The notes beneath the pieces were generated by a model. That model did no database searches. It saw only the letters and a list, made by a program, of their open reading frames with translations, and was not told the DNA's origin. DNA of 63,164 nucleotides, filler included, from Octopus bimaculoides (Eukaryota): the NCBI RefSeq assembly GCF_001194135.2. It is 5 parts of 4 records of this genome, joined end to end, with 100 filler letters (N's around TTAATTAATTAA, not from the genome) between each part and the next. Parts side by side here need not be neighbours in the genome. Positions count along the whole stretch, not along the records: positions 18,526 to 45,702 come from NC_068995.1; positions 45,803 to 51,918 come from NC_068988.1; positions 52,019 to 60,650 come from NC_068994.1; 2 more parts are not named here. One strand, given 5' to 3'. This document shows, piece by piece, positions 38,698 to 52,333 of the stretch. Every line of letters begins with the position of its first letter. Position 1 is the stretch's first letter. The translations under genes and the position numbers were made by a program.

Positions 38698-39849
38698 ATG
38701 TCTATCTCTATGGGACATTGGCTCACTTCGGACCTGGAAAGGAACGGTTGCAGCTAAGATGAGAAAAACTCATAATGCGTCATATTACGTTTTAAAATTT
38801 ATTAGTAAATTTTAGGATATAATGTTCGAAATTTGAAGCTTCTGTAGTAACAGTTCAATGTTTTTTTTTACAATGGCCATTGTGTCACTATGTCTTTTCT
38901 TTTTCACATATGTTATAATATTTTATTTTGGTCAAGTTTATGACAAGATTTTGCAGCAGTATTTATAGAGATAACAGTTTTGATGTTATAAACGATGACC
39001 GATCTGAAAACTACTGCTGATATCGTTCTATTATCATTTCACTGAGGAGTTTAGTAGAATATCACATATAAAAAAGAAAACTATTAAAAATTACTTTAAC
39101 AACATTATAATTATGGCATTCTATGATTGCTAATAGTCACCAAGAAACAAAGAAAAATGCGAAAGAAAAAATTACTAAAGGCGAATTATTAGTACTAGTT
39201 TCACTTAAAGAATCTAATAAATATTCTTGTCTCATTCATTTACCCTAAAACAAAACTGTAAACAAGAGACACTGAAAATAATAATTGAATCAGTTGATTA
39301 ATGAGGAAATTATTAAACGCAATCACACACAATCAGACACACACACAATAAAATATACATGCACATACACTCGTATGTATAGTAATGCATATTACTATAT
39401 TAAAGTGTCGGTGCGCGTGTGTCTAACACAAATAGTATACGTTTCCTCTTAAAAAAAATCTTACGAGTTTAAACTTGCATGTAAATTGAAGCAGTGGTTA
39501 CATCATATGCTTTGTTCTTTCTAGGAGCAGAAAAGTAAAACCAGTCTGATAACGTACAACTGATATTATACTGTCATCAGGGAAACGAATAGCTATATTC
39601 ATTTCGTGAAGAGGTTCTTAGATAATTGCTATGCGCTGCATAAACAATCTGCGGTTGACCTAAACTGATCAGCCTAATTTGTATAACAGTAAGTACTCGC
39701 AAAAGCTGGATTAATTAATCCATTTATAATGCACTACAGAAAATTGTCGATAACTTTGAAATGAAAGATATACGGTTTTCATACTCCTATAAGTTTAACG
39801 TCACTGTCAAAAGTGCATCATAAAGTTTGTACGTCCGTTGAAAAAAATT

Positions 39850-40062
39850 CTTTCTGCTATAGGCACAAGGCTTAGAATTTTGGAGGAGGACGTAAGTCGA
39901 TTACATCGACCCCAGTACTCAAATGGTACTTAATTTGTCGACCTCGAAAGTATGAAAGGCAAAGTCGACCTCGGCGGAATTTGAAATCGGAACGTAGCGG
40001 CAGACAAAATATTGCTTAGCATTTCGCCCGGCCTGCTAGCAACTCTGCCAGCTCACCGCCTT
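39850..40062 (-). mobile_element. SINE family A, full length
   Basis: tttctgctataggcacaagg...aaaggcaaagtcgacctcggcggaatttgaa...gcatttcgcccgg...ctctgccagctcaccgcctt. Confidence 0.9.
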
Positions 40063-41697
40063 ACGTCTGTTGAAAATAACATCTTATCTCTCAATGCATT
40101 TCTATTCTGCTGAAGTCTTATAATTATTCCATCTAATGATTAAAATATGCTTAACTATGTTCCATGTAGTAACTTACAGGTATTTATAGAGTGGGTAAAC
40201 GATTCGGCTAAAGTGGTCACTGCTGATAGCATAAGAAACATGAATTAACATCAGGAATTAGTTAAAACGCTCATCATATAGTATGTATCCGCTAACGGAA
40301 AATGTAAATTAGGAGATGAATAAACGCATAGATACAAAAATATCCTTTATTACGTGCAGCGCGACACTTGTAACATAGACTTCTACCAGTAGACCCGAAT
40401 GAGTAAACTTGATGACTTGAATGCACTGACAAAATACGCTTGTGAATGCGTCAGCATGCATATTCAAACACCAATTTACGAAACCCCACATTAAAATCTA
40501 CCGACAATTTACAACCAAAATTAGATAAATAAACATATAAATAAGCAAATACAATATGTATATGTGTATCTCTGCTAACAGAAAGTGTGGTCTTCTGTAA
40601 ATGACAGCCGATACCACATCGCTAAGAGATGTCAGATAAAGGATTGAAGTGTGCTAGGCATTCTACATCCGGATAACCAATAAACACCATAAACGACATA
40701 CTAGTGACACACACACTCATGTGGGTGCGCGTATGTGTGTCTGTGTGTGCGTGTGTGCGTGCGTGTGTACGTGTGTGTATATGTGCGAGGGTGTTTGTAC
40801 GCCTGTATATGTGTTTATGTCCAATAGACATAGACTCCTACCCATTAATGTTAATATAATCATTTTTGGCATTTTTACTCTCTTGCATGATTCTGTGTCT
40901 TTAATTTATGCTGTTCGGCGAGTATGGGTGTGTATGTGTGTTTGTGTATGTGTGCATGTATCTCTGTATGCTTAACTGAGTGTTTATGCATGACCGGGTA
41001 TGCACATCCCACCGCTTTAGCCTAAATGCAATCTTTCTTTGATAGGCTATACTTTATATTTTATGATTATATGATTTTCATTTTATGCTGAATACCCTCA
41101 GACAACTGTACCTGATCATAACCAAATACAGCAGGCACGAACAACAATCCTTGGACATATCAGTATATCTAGCAGGACATCCCCATTTTTATGCATGTAC
41201 CTGATGTGACACAAACTGCACAGATTGATAAAACACAATTAGATGCAGACAGCAGTAGGACGGATTGAAACGTCCTACGTTCGTTTTCCTTCATCAATTA
41301 TATATATATATATATNNNNNNNNNNNNNNNNNNNNNNNNNNNNNNNNNNNNNNNNNNNNNNNNNNNNNNNNNNNNNNNNNNNNNNNNNNNNNNNNNNNNN
41401 NNNNNNNNNNNNNNNNNNNNNNNNNNNNNNNNNNNNNNNNNNNNTATATATGCACACACAGAGAAATGAGTCTTAAATGTCATGGTCTTATGTAATATGA
41501 AGAAATGTCTTTTCTATTTTGAGCACTTTCAATTCGCAATATTTTCCAAAATAAATTAAAGCATTGGATTCAAGCATATTGGTTGAAAATTATATTCATG
41601 GAAAATGATATCTGCTGGAATAGTTTTTTTTTTTAATGTATGACAATGAAAATAATTTTGAAACCAATTATTTCGTCATTAATATTTCATAGACTTG

Positions 41698-42125
41698 AAG
41701 GCGGTGAGGCGGCAGAGACGTTAGCACGCCGGGCGAAATGCTCAGCGATGTTTCGTCTGCCGTTACGTTCTGAGTTCCGCCGAGGTCGACTTTGCCTTTC
41801 ATCCTTTCGGGGTCGATAAATTAAGTACCAGTTACGCACTGGAGTCGATGTAATCGTCTTAATCCCTTTGTTTGTCCTTGTTCGTCCCCTCTGTGTTTGT
41901 CCCCTTGTGGGCAATAAAGAAATAAGAAACATTAGCACGCCGGGCGAGATGCTTATCGGTGTTTCGTTTGACTTTATGTTCTGAGTTCAAATCCTGCCGA
42001 AGTCGACTTTACCTTTCATCCTTTCGGGGTCGAAAAATAAAGTACCAGTTGCGTACTGGGGTTGATGTAATCGACTGGCTCTCTCCCCTAAAATTTCGGT
42101 CCTTGTGCCTAAAGTAGAAAACAAT
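41698..42125 (+). mobile_element. Head-to-tail dimer of SINE family A (41698-41930 and 41925-42125)
   Basis: Two consecutive copies of ttagcacgccgggcga.atgct...gttctgagtt...gtcgacttt.cctttcatcctttcggggtcga...aagtaccagtt.cg.actgg with different 3' tails. Confidence 0.92.
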
Positions 42126-44361
42126 ATTTTATAGACTTGAATTTTACGAAAAATTTTAAATAAAAGAGCTTTAAATGAAATGTTATTGGGTATTGTATTG
42201 TCTGCATATTTGTTATTTATTATAATGATTTTTACAAATATGTTGTGAGTAGCGAATGGAAAACCGAGGTAAATGGTGTGAAACATTCTCACCTACGACA
42301 CTACTAGCACCATCCTGACCATGGCTGTCTTTCATTTAAAACCTTAGGGACCCAGATTTGAACTGAAAATAAACTCTTGATAATCTGACGATAAATTTGA
42401 AAGCCCTAAAAAAGACCGTGGTCTCTGGCTATTGTCCATTCCGACTTAACAGGGAGGATACAATATTTTTTTCTAAATTAATAAACCTAAAACAATTGAA
42501 GGATCAGCGCAATGAAATGTTAGAGAAAATGCATTATAAAATAGTATAACGAAAGCATTTATTATATTTCTTTGCTGTGAGTTTACGACTATCTTTCGAG
42601 ACTAATGTGATATGCGATTTAATTGATTATGCTCGAAAACATTTATGAGTTAATGTTTAGTGAATTTAAACGCTAGTTCCTATTATTATTTTCTTGCTCT
42701 TGCGGAAAATGTAAAACAAAATATTTAAGAATATCTAAAATCTACAAAATATGTATTCTATCAACACCCTTTGTTGAATCTATAATTATTCTGTTAACAA
42801 TCCATGTAATTGATTTATTTCCCTTTCATAATTAATTATGTTCGTTTTGAACGGATATGTAAAGTGATACCAATTACGTGCAGTATTTTTCAGTATTTAC
42901 AATCCGTATTTATATGTTTCCTTTACATTGAAAGATAAGAGCAGCCGGATCAACGCGAACATTCAAATCAGGGTTGACATGGCCTGCAGACTTCTAAATA
43001 GATGATACGTTCAGAAATGTAAAAGGTATTAATGACCGAGTCAAAATTACTATGTCGTTAATACCTTTTAAATGTGCAAATGACGCAGATACCCATCTTT
43101 GATATGGAATGCATAGTCAGTGAGAAATGCATTAGCTGCGTACTATTACTAAAGTGGATTTTGCGCATCGCCTGCAGCTACTATTTCTATAGCACAACGA
43201 AGAGAGCCGATGAATTCGCCAGTCCAGCATTATGACTATGTCTTATTTTTTTCTTCCTTAAGGTCAGTATTATTCCGACAACGAAGTTCACATTTCCGAT
43301 GGCCATATCTGAGATGTAAGAGGAATTAATGAAAGAATATGGAAGGAAGGTCATGTCACATCGACTTGTTTTATTTATTTCCTTTAGCTAATTATATTAT
43401 CAAACTTATCCTAAAGGATATATTGCATATGAATGAAGGTGGACAAGAAGCATCTGCTTAACTATTGCCTATAATGGCACATAATAAACGCATTAATGCA
43501 ATTCTATTTCCAACAAAGAACACTGTTTTTCCTGAGAAAATATTCATAAATACAGCCTTATACTATTTCAAGAAAGGATGTAAGTGAAATATCATCCATC
43601 TTCTTGAGATTCCAAGAGAACTAAACCTTTCTGTTCTAAAAGACTTACATATGTTATTTTCCATTTTATTATTCAATACACTTTTCAAACTCAGTAAAAG
43701 ATATATAATAAACACGTGAGTTAAATATCGAACCATATTCAGTTACTGGTTCAAATAAATGTTAATTTTTATTTGCTATTTATGTCATTAGGGATTTCAA
43801 AAACGCTTCTACCAGTGCTTTATCCCTTTTGCATATCGCAATGCATTTGTTAAGTGTAATTAGAGAGAAATTTCATTTTGTACACAGAGTACTAAAGAAG
43901 AGAAAAAGACATGAGCTGCCAACATCAACCTCGGAACACTTTATGCCATGAAATAAATATTCTCCTCGTCAGCATTGCGATTGATCTTGAAGAATGCTGG
44001 AGAATCACATTTTACTTTATTCTTTTCTTTCTATCACAAGCTTCATGTATATATGTGAAAACTAATTAATTAGCCTCCTATTCCGTTTAACCAGGAAGTG
44101 GGTACTGACTGAAGGGTTAGCATCGGGAAAATGCATTGTGTTTCTTTGCATTGTGATTTCAAATCCCACCGTGGTGCGCTTTTCCTTTCAAACTACCAGG
44201 TTCGATTTTATCCAATAATCCTTTACTAAACACTCTTAATTTTGGACATAAATTAGAAATCATTATTATATAATGCCAACTGTAAGTTTCCAAATATCAA
44301 ACGCTTATATTAAATCATTCACTGTGTATTCAGCAGATATCAATAGTGTATATATAAGTTT

Positions 44362-44540
44362 AAGGCGACAAGTTGACATAGTCGTTAGCACGTCCATCAT
44401 TGCGTTATAGGTTGAAATTCTACCGGGGTTGGCTTTGCCCTTCATCTTCTCGGGGTAGAAAAAATAAGTACCTGTGGTCTCGATGTATTCGATTTGCGCC
44501 TCCCCCATATTGCTGGTCTTGGGCCAAAACCCGCAACCAG
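44362..44540 (+). mobile_element. SINE family A, degenerate with internal deletion
   Basis: aaggcgacaagttgacatagtcgttagcacg...ggctttgcccttcatcttctcggggt.gaaaaaataagtacc. Confidence 0.7.
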
Positions 44541-45702
44541 TAATGCATATTTAAATGGGGACTAATATCTTTAATCTGGTGCGCAAAATTAAAAGCTTAA
44601 TTTATTAAAAGGCACATAAAATACAATCATTAGAGTTAATGACAATTATTGACACAAATATGCAGAACACAACTGATAACAATTGATTTAGGATATATAT
44701 AATGTGCATAGAGTTTGTTCTCAAATAATTACACGGTCAACGTCAGACATATTTCAGAACACCTAAACAAAGTATAAAGTTACTCATGCTTAGAATCGCT
44801 GAGATAATATCTAACTCTTCATTGTAAAACAATTCACTGATTTATGGGGAAATACGTTTATTGTGGCTTGCTGATGTCATTGTGAGCTCAATGCAATTGT
44901 TTTTAATTTTTATACTTAGAATATATTGAACGTAATTGCTATCGAGATGGGATTGGATGTGCTTGTCTTCCAGGTTCTGGTGCATAGGAGAGGTTCAGAA
45001 ACAAACAAACACATCCTTATATTCACCCAGATTGTTGTGTATGCTTTTACGAAATTGACTCAAGCAGAGCATACCTTAGAATGACACCACCATATATATC
45101 GTCTGCTCTTTCTTCTGTATGAGAACAAAGGACTTAGCTGAAGATATCTGAGGCAGTTCCTATCACAAAGCAGGAAAGTATACTGAACGACCGTGTCTAG
45201 TAATTTGCTCAGTTAGCATGCAGATTTGTTAGTGCATTAGAATGACATTTTTTTGTTCATGGTATGCCACTGTGAGCAAGTTTTATGTCTCAGTGTGTAT
45301 GCATGTATGCGTATGTACCTGTGTATGTATATGTGTGTTTATATATATATTCACGCACACACACACATATGTGTAAACACCCACCCACATACACGCATGC
45401 ATATATATATATATATATATATATATAACGTGAGAGAGTTAGGGGTTGGGGGTACAGCCCACTAAGGGATAGTATCTATCCAGTATACTGCTGGGAGGGT
45501 ACCCAATTATTGCTACGCTAGTGCTATACTAGGTGCAATCAATGGGAGCGGGTAAAAGTGGAGGTTTTACCCAAAATTTGTGTAACAATTAGAAAATGGA
45601 GGATAATATGCTGAACCCAACTACTTGCAGACGGTGTATCCCGTTGAATTCATTAATTTAATTCATAGCAAAAGTGACAAAGGGAGGAAGAAAAGATAAA
45701 GA

Positions 45703-45802
45703 NNNNNNNNNNNNNNNNNNNNNNNNNNNNNNNNNNNNNNNNNNNNTTAATTAATTAANNNNNNNNNNNNNNNNNNNNNNNNNNNNNNNNNNNNNNNNNN
45801 NN
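45703..45802. other. Artificial scaffold-join linker N44-TTAATTAATTAA-N44
   Basis: Same 100-bp structure; 12-mer at 45747-45758. Confidence 0.95.
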
Positions 45803-45989
45803 GCATGTCAGTCGTCAGGTATGTATGCGTAGACCTGTGAGTGTTTAATAACGTACCGTGATAATATGTCTGTATTTTTGTATGCAGTGTAAATTAATCC
45901 CCCCAAAATTACAGTATCGAAAAGTTTCAGTTTTGATACTGAAATAGTGGAAAAGTTTCATTTTTAAAGTGAAAGTATTTGACATGAGT

Positions 45990-46200
45990 GTTTTTGTTTC
46001 ACTTTTGACACGTAATACTTAAATAGTGGAGGAGATATTATGTTGCTGTGGGCTCGAACTATGCAAGAAGTTAAAAAAAAAATTTCGACTAAAACACAAC
46101 CTAAGTAAGGCATGTGTAAAATTTGAATGAGATTGGTTGTGTAGTTCTGGAGTTTTAGGGATTCACACACACACAGACACACAGACACACAGACATACAT
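45990..46200. mobile_element. Possible Helitron/DINE-like non-autonomous repeat fragment
   Basis: tgtaaaatttgaatgagattggttgtgtagttctggagtttt followed by an acacacagac microsatellite, an arrangement recalled from such elements; not verifiable here. Confidence 0.3.
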
Positions 46201-46508
46201 TCTCATTTTTATATATATATATAGATGTGCGTGTGTGTGTGTGTGAGNNNNNNNNNNNNNNNNNNNNNNNNNNNNNNNNNNNNNNNNNNNNNNNNNNNNN
46301 NNNNNNNNNNNNNNNNNNNNNNNNNNNNNNNNNNNNNNNNNNNNNNNNNNNNNNNNNNNNNNNNNNNNNNNNNNNNNNNNNNNNNNNNNNNNNNNNNNNN
46401 NNNNNNNNNNNNNNNNNNNNNNNNNNNNNNNNNTATATATATATACGTATATATATGTATATATACATGTATATATATATGTCTGTTTATGTATGTATGC
46501 ATATGTAT

Positions 46509-46546
<38 letters not shown>

Positions 46547-46770
46547 GTAATTCTCGGGTGACCATCTGTAGGAATTTTCTCATTAACTTTTAGCTTTCAG
46601 AGCTATTCAAATAAAACTCTGCATATTTCATTTGCAGCAATTCTCGCATTTCATTCTGAAACTAAAAAGTCTCCGAATGCCTCCTACCGTGACCCAGCCA
46701 AACAATTCAACGCCACATATTCTGTAATTTTCTATTGAAATCTTTATACGCCATGCACTCACACTTTTAT

Positions 46771-46828
<58 letters not shown>

Positions 46829-46851
46829 CAGCAGCAGCAGCAGCAGTAGTG

Positions 46852-46946
<95 letters not shown>

Positions 46947-46951
46947 TGTGA

Positions 46952-46984
<33 letters not shown>

Positions 46985-47000
46985 CAGCAGTAGTAGCAGC
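46771..47000. repeat. (GTA)n/(GCA)n trinucleotide array
   Basis: Read directly. Confidence 0.97.
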
Positions 47001-48257
47001 ATGCTACTCTCGCAGTTTAGCTTTTCCATTATTTTCTCATTTCTATTATCACAAATTAAGTTCAACCACATTTGNNNNNNNNNNNNNNNNNNNNNNNNNN
47101 NNNNNNNNNNNNNNNNNNNNNNNNNNNNNNNNNNNNNNNNNNNNNNNNNNNNNNNNNNNNNNNNNNNNNNNNNNNNNNNNNNNNNNNNNNNNNNNNNNNN
47201 NNNNNNNNNNNNNNNNNNNNNNNNNNNNNNNNNNNNNNNNNNNNNNNNNNNNNNNNNNNNNNNNNNNNNNNNNNNNNNNNNNNNNNNNNNNNNNNNNNNN
47301 NNNNNNNNNNNNNNNNNNNNNNNNNNNNNNNNNNNNNNNNNNNNNNNNNNNNNNNNNNNNNNNNNNNNNNNNNNNNNNNNNNNNNNNNNNNNNNNNNNNN
47401 NNNNNNNNNNNNNNNNNNNNNNNNNNNNNNNNNNNNNNNNNNNNNNNNNNNNNNNNNNNNNNNNNNNNNNNNNNNNNNNNNNNNNNNNNNNNNNNNNNNN
47501 NNNNNNNNNNNNNNNNNNNNNNNNNNNNNNNNNNNNNNNNNNNNNNNNNNNNNNNNNNNNNNNNNNNNNNNNNNNNNNNNNNNNNNNNNNNNNNNNNNNN
47601 NNNNNNNNNNNNNNNNNNNNNNNNNNNNNNNNNNNNNNNNNNNNNNNNNNNNNNNNNNNNNNNNNNNNNNNNNNNNNNNNNNNNNNNNNNNNNNNNNNNN
47701 NNNNNNNNNNNNNNNNNNNNNNNNNNNNNNNNNNNNNNNNNNNNNNNNNNNNNNNNNNNNNNNNNNNNNNNNNNNNNAAAAAAAAAAAAAAGACGGGAAA
47801 AGAAAGAAAAAATTTCTATTCCACAAGGGATATATAAATCTAATCCAATAATCCAATACAAATATATTAATAAACCGTTCGGTCTTCGGGTAAATAGATA
47901 TGTTTGTAACACTTGAACATTTAATCTTTATCGATGTCTAAAACTACTTACAATTCCGACTTTTTGAACAGCAAAATTTTTGATAATATAAATACAATTA
48001 TCTTTTCTAAAACATTTCATATTTTAGGAACTGTAGAATGGATGTAGATAATTTTGATGTGTTGTTTACACTTTCGTGATATCCCATAAAAAAAACAACA
48101 CATTCATCTTTGTTTAACTATATCTTTATTCTTATTGGTTCAATGTACTTTATACATAAAATTTTCCCAGAAGTAGAAAGCTAGAATCGAACTTAGCTAT
48201 AATTAAATTACGAACAGAAAAAGTCAGTAACGTTTGAGAGGCAGAAACAGTGTTTGT

Positions 48258-48448
48258 TAGTGCCGGGTTTACCATTGTGCTTAGGTATGCTTAAGTACAG
48301 GGCCCCGTTTCACCGGCAGGTGGGGACCCATCTTCTTATCCAAAAATGCTTTTTACGATGAATTTCCTGAGCATGTATGCCCGACTGTCCAAGTAAAGGG
48401 CCTCATAACTTTACTAGCAGGGCCTCATTTGTCCTAAATCCGGCACTG
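48258..48448. mobile_element. MITE, hAT-like (191 bp)
   Basis: Terminal inverted repeats tagtgccgggttta / taaatccggcactg; 8-bp flanks gtgtttgt and ctatttgt (6/8 identical) as a decayed TSD. Confidence 0.6.
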
Positions 48449-48541
48449 CTATTTGTTCATCATAACTGAAGAAGTCCTTGTTGATCGGCAAAGGAGAACT
48501 TGACATTGTTAAGGCTCGTTGCTTATACTTCGAAGGAATAT

Positions 48542-48598
<57 letters not shown>

Positions 48599-49884
48599 NN
48601 NNNNNNNNNNNNNNNNNNNNNNNNNNNNNNNNNNNNNNNNNNNNNNNNNNNNNNNNNNNNNNNNNNNNNNNNNNNNNNNNNNNNNNNNNNNNNNNNNNNN
48701 NNNNNNNNNNNNNNNNNNNNNNNNNNNNNNNNNNNNNNNNNNNNNNNNNNNNNNNNNNNNNNNNNNNNNNNNNNNNNNNNNNNNNNNNNNNNNNNNNNNN
48801 NNNNNNNNNNNNNNNNNNNNNNNNNNNNNNNNNNNNNNNNNNNNNNNNNNNNNNNNNNNNNNNNNNNNNNNNNNNNNNNNNNNNNNNNNNNNNNNNNNNN
48901 NNNNNNNNNNNNNNNNNNNNNNNNNNNNNNNNNNNNNNNNNNNNNNNNNNNNNNNNNNNNNNNNNNNNNNNNNNNNNNNNNNNNNNNNNNNNNNNNNNNN
49001 NNNNNNNNNNNNNNNNNNNNNNNNNNNNNNNNNNNNNNNNNNNNNNNNNNNNNNNNNNNNNNNNNNNNNNNNNNNNNNNNNNNNNNNNNNNNNNNNNNNN
49101 NNNNNNNNNNNNNNNNNNNNNNNNNNNNNNNNNNNNNNNNNNNNNNNNNNNNNNNNNNNNNNNNNNNNNNNNNNNNNNNNNNNNNNNNNNNNNNNNNNNN
49201 NNNNNNNNNNNNNNNNNNNNNNNNNNNNNNNNNNNNNNNNNNNNNNNNNNNNNNNNNNNNNNNNNNNNNNNNNNNNNNNNNNNNNNNNNNNNNNNNNNNN
49301 NNNNNNNNNNNNNNNNNNNNNNNNNNNNNNNNNNNNNNNNNNNNNNNNNNNNNNNNNNNNNNNNNNNNNNNNNNNNNNNNNNNNNNNNNNNNNNNNNNNN
49401 NNNNNNNNNNNNNNNNNNNNNNNNNNNNNNNNNNNNNNNNNNNNNNNNNNNNNNNNNNNNNNNNNNNNNNNNNNNNNNNNNNNNAATAGGCGTCACTTAA
49501 TTCTTTTTCCGTGTTTTTAGCATAAAATTACATTTACATCAGACAGGACTGTTCACGTGACATGCATTTTTCATCTCAGTTCAGAATCAATACAATAAGA
49601 ATGATAAAGAAAGAAAAAAAGAAGAAAAATAAAACATTCAAATTGACTCTCATTCATTTTTCAAATGGAAATATAAATAGAATAATTAAATATAAAAATA
49701 TAAATAATGAACTCGTGACTTATTTCTTTTTTATACAAAGCAAATATTCTTTGTTACAACAACAATAGATTTCATATTGTTTCTGAAAGAAAACGTAGCT
49801 GACTTCATTTCAGAATTTCTCTACCATTAAACGCTCTCTAAAAACTCACATTTTCATTTCTATCTTCTTTTATCTGGTACCTTT

Positions 49885-50090
49885 TGTTTGTTTGAGTCAT
49901 TAGACTGTGGCTGTGCTGGCGCATAGCCTTGAAGAATTCCTGGGGGTCGGGCGAATCGACTCCAATACTTATTAGGTTTATTTTTAACGCCCCGTCCTTA
50001 TTCTATCGGTTACTTGTGCCGAACTGCTAGATTACTGGGGCGTAAAAACCCCAACACCGGTTGTCAAGCGTTTGTGGGATACAGACACAC
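49885..50090. mobile_element. SINE family C fragment with (CA)n end
   Basis: cttattctatcgg...tgccgaactgcta...cgtaaa...caccggttgtcaagcg; paralogs at 22340 and 54967. Confidence 0.7.
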
Positions 50091-50342
50091 ACACACACAT
50101 ATATACACATACTACACATACACAAAAACACACACACACAGACATACATATATACTACATTCACACACACATACATATATTGAATTGAATTGAACCAGTT
50201 TCAGCTCATGTGCAGTGGCCATGCTGGGGCACCACCATCAGTTCGTCCTATGCTCTCGAGTAAGTTGATGGTTATCTCTGCATCCTGATATGTGATACTG
50301 TCTCTCCCCCCCCCCCCCGGCCTCACATCTGTTATAAATTAT

Positions 50343-50543
50343 CCTTTCTATTGAAGGCACAAGGCCTTGAAATTTTGCGGGAGGAGACTAGTCGATTATA
50401 TCAACCCCAGTGTTCCACTGGTACTTAATTTATCGACTCCGAAACGATGAAAGGTAAAGTCGACCTCGGCGGAATTTGAACTCAGAACGTAAATACCGCT
50501 AAGCATTTCGCCCGGCGTGCTAACGTTTCTGCCAGCTCGCCGC
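50343..50543 (-). mobile_element. SINE family A, full length
   Basis: Closely matches 39850-40062. Confidence 0.9.
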
Positions 50544-51766
50544 TTTCAAATGGAATACGCATTGCCGTCACTGATAGAATTTTATTTAATTTTTCTAGTT
50601 TTAAAAAGAACTTTAGCTCTTATAATGTAATTTGTTGTACGAGATAAGCACGAATGGGCCAGCGGAGCATAGCATTTGTGATGAGTTTAAGAATTGTCAT
50701 AAGTTGTATGTTAATCGTTGCCTCGATAAACCTCTCCAATGAATCAGTCATCGGAGAAAGACCATGACGAAAACCCTTTCCACTGTTACAAAGACCAGCT
50801 AAAAACAACCTTCAAGATGGTTGGAAGTGATGTAAAAAAAAAAACGAGCGAAAGCTGAAGCCGAGAACCACCCCAATTGGAGTCACATTATCATCACCAC
50901 CGCAAAGAACGCAAGCTGCAACAACAATAATAATCATGACCTCTGCCTCGTCTTGCCATTTATTTTCTCCCAATTTTACACGAGAATTGTCTTCGCAGTC
51001 ATCAACACCATCACCATAATGGACTCACTTAATCCGGAAGAAATTAAAATTCTTGAAAATTGGGAACAGCCATCGGCGACAACGACGGCGGTGACGGTAG
51101 TTGGTGTGAACATGTGAAGAACGAATAAAGTGCAGAAATGTTTCCCTGAAAAGTATAGTGATTGTGTTCTTGTACTGCTGAAATATGTTCCTATTGAAGG
51201 GTATTTATCAAGGTCTCTGTTCAGTGATGTAATGTGGTGCGGTGTAATTCAATGTGTTCTGAACCTTAGTTCTCAGATTTTCCCAGTCCAGAACCACGGC
51301 CTAATGTATCTCCATGAAGGGAAATATGTCACTATAAAAGGAATGAACGCCTGCATGAATATGATTCAACTAGTCAGCGCTTGCTGACTTATCGTTGACG
51401 CAGTAAACTTCACAGGAGATTTGCGAGTTTTCCCGGTAAACAGTTTGGCGGAAGAATCTAGAAGGATGGCTTACAGCTATAAAAGCTGGCAAATTCATTC
51501 TCAGGCCAGAGAGATACTCAACCGTCTACAGGAATCTACGTCACGCAGTGATTTGGTCTCCCCCCCTCTCTTTCACTTTTCTTATGTAACATGCTTATGT
51601 CGTACTCTACAAAAGGCTCCAACCGTAACTATCCAGCAGATTTTCCACATCAGGCACGGTCGAATGCTTGATTTATTAAAGACAAGTGCAATAAAATTGT
51701 TTTCACTTATGTTCTTAAACTAGGAAGTATCACTAGTGAGTGATACAGTAAAGGAAAAAATGTCTA

Positions 51767-51837
51767 ATCTCTCTCTTCCTCCCCCTTTCTCTCTCTTCCT
51801 CCCCCTTTCTCTCTCTTCCTCCCCCTTTCTCTCTCTT
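51767..51837. repeat. 20-bp minisatellite (ctctcttcctccccctttct) x ~3.5
   Basis: Read directly. Confidence 0.9.
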
Positions 51838-51918
51838 CGAAGCTTTTAAGATTTCTGATAAAGTGCCTTCCTTGGGCTAAAGAAGTATCAAATGCACAGG
51901 TGCCGCTGTATGGTAAAC

Positions 51919-52018
51919 NNNNNNNNNNNNNNNNNNNNNNNNNNNNNNNNNNNNNNNNNNNNTTAATTAATTAANNNNNNNNNNNNNNNNNNNNNNNNNN
52001 NNNNNNNNNNNNNNNNNN
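51919..52018. other. Artificial scaffold-join linker N44-TTAATTAATTAA-N44
   Basis: 12-mer at 51963-51974. Confidence 0.95.
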
Positions 52019-52275
52019 CAAGCGCTTAGCTTTTTCTGCGGGTGTTTCTAGTTCGTCTAATTCTTGAATTTGTTGTAATTGGAATTCACTTAGATATTCC
52101 TTTGCCTGTTTTGTTACTGAGTAAGATGCTTTCTTGCTTTCATCTTTTGAGACAAGTTTTAGCATCCAGTCCTCAGAGTTTTTCAGATAGGTGTCTAGGC
52201 CAATTGTGGCTACCTTCATTGTTAATGCCAGCTGTAGAAGTCCACGGCCTCCCTCTTTTCTTGGCAGATAAAGAC

Positions 52276-52276
<1 letters not shown>
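52019..52276 (-). mobile_element. 5'-truncated non-LTR retrotransposon fragment, R4/Dong-like
   Basis: GLYLPRKEGGRGLLQLALTMKVATIGLDTYLKNSEDWMLKLV...PAEKAKRL, open up to the gap; LYLPRxEGGRGL is a post-RT motif of R4/Dong-type LINEs; 5' end abuts a (TAA)n array. Confidence 0.72.

Positions 52277-52333
<57 letters not shown>

Noticed and set aside
45551-45573. Hairpin gggtaaaa-N7-ttttaccc as a terminator or Helitron end
   Set aside because: An 8-bp stem is expected by chance; no poly-U tract or CTAG end beside it.
51478-51500. TATA plus TCATTC initiator pair
   Set aside because: Spacing of about 19 nt is too short for a canonical TATA-Inr promoter.
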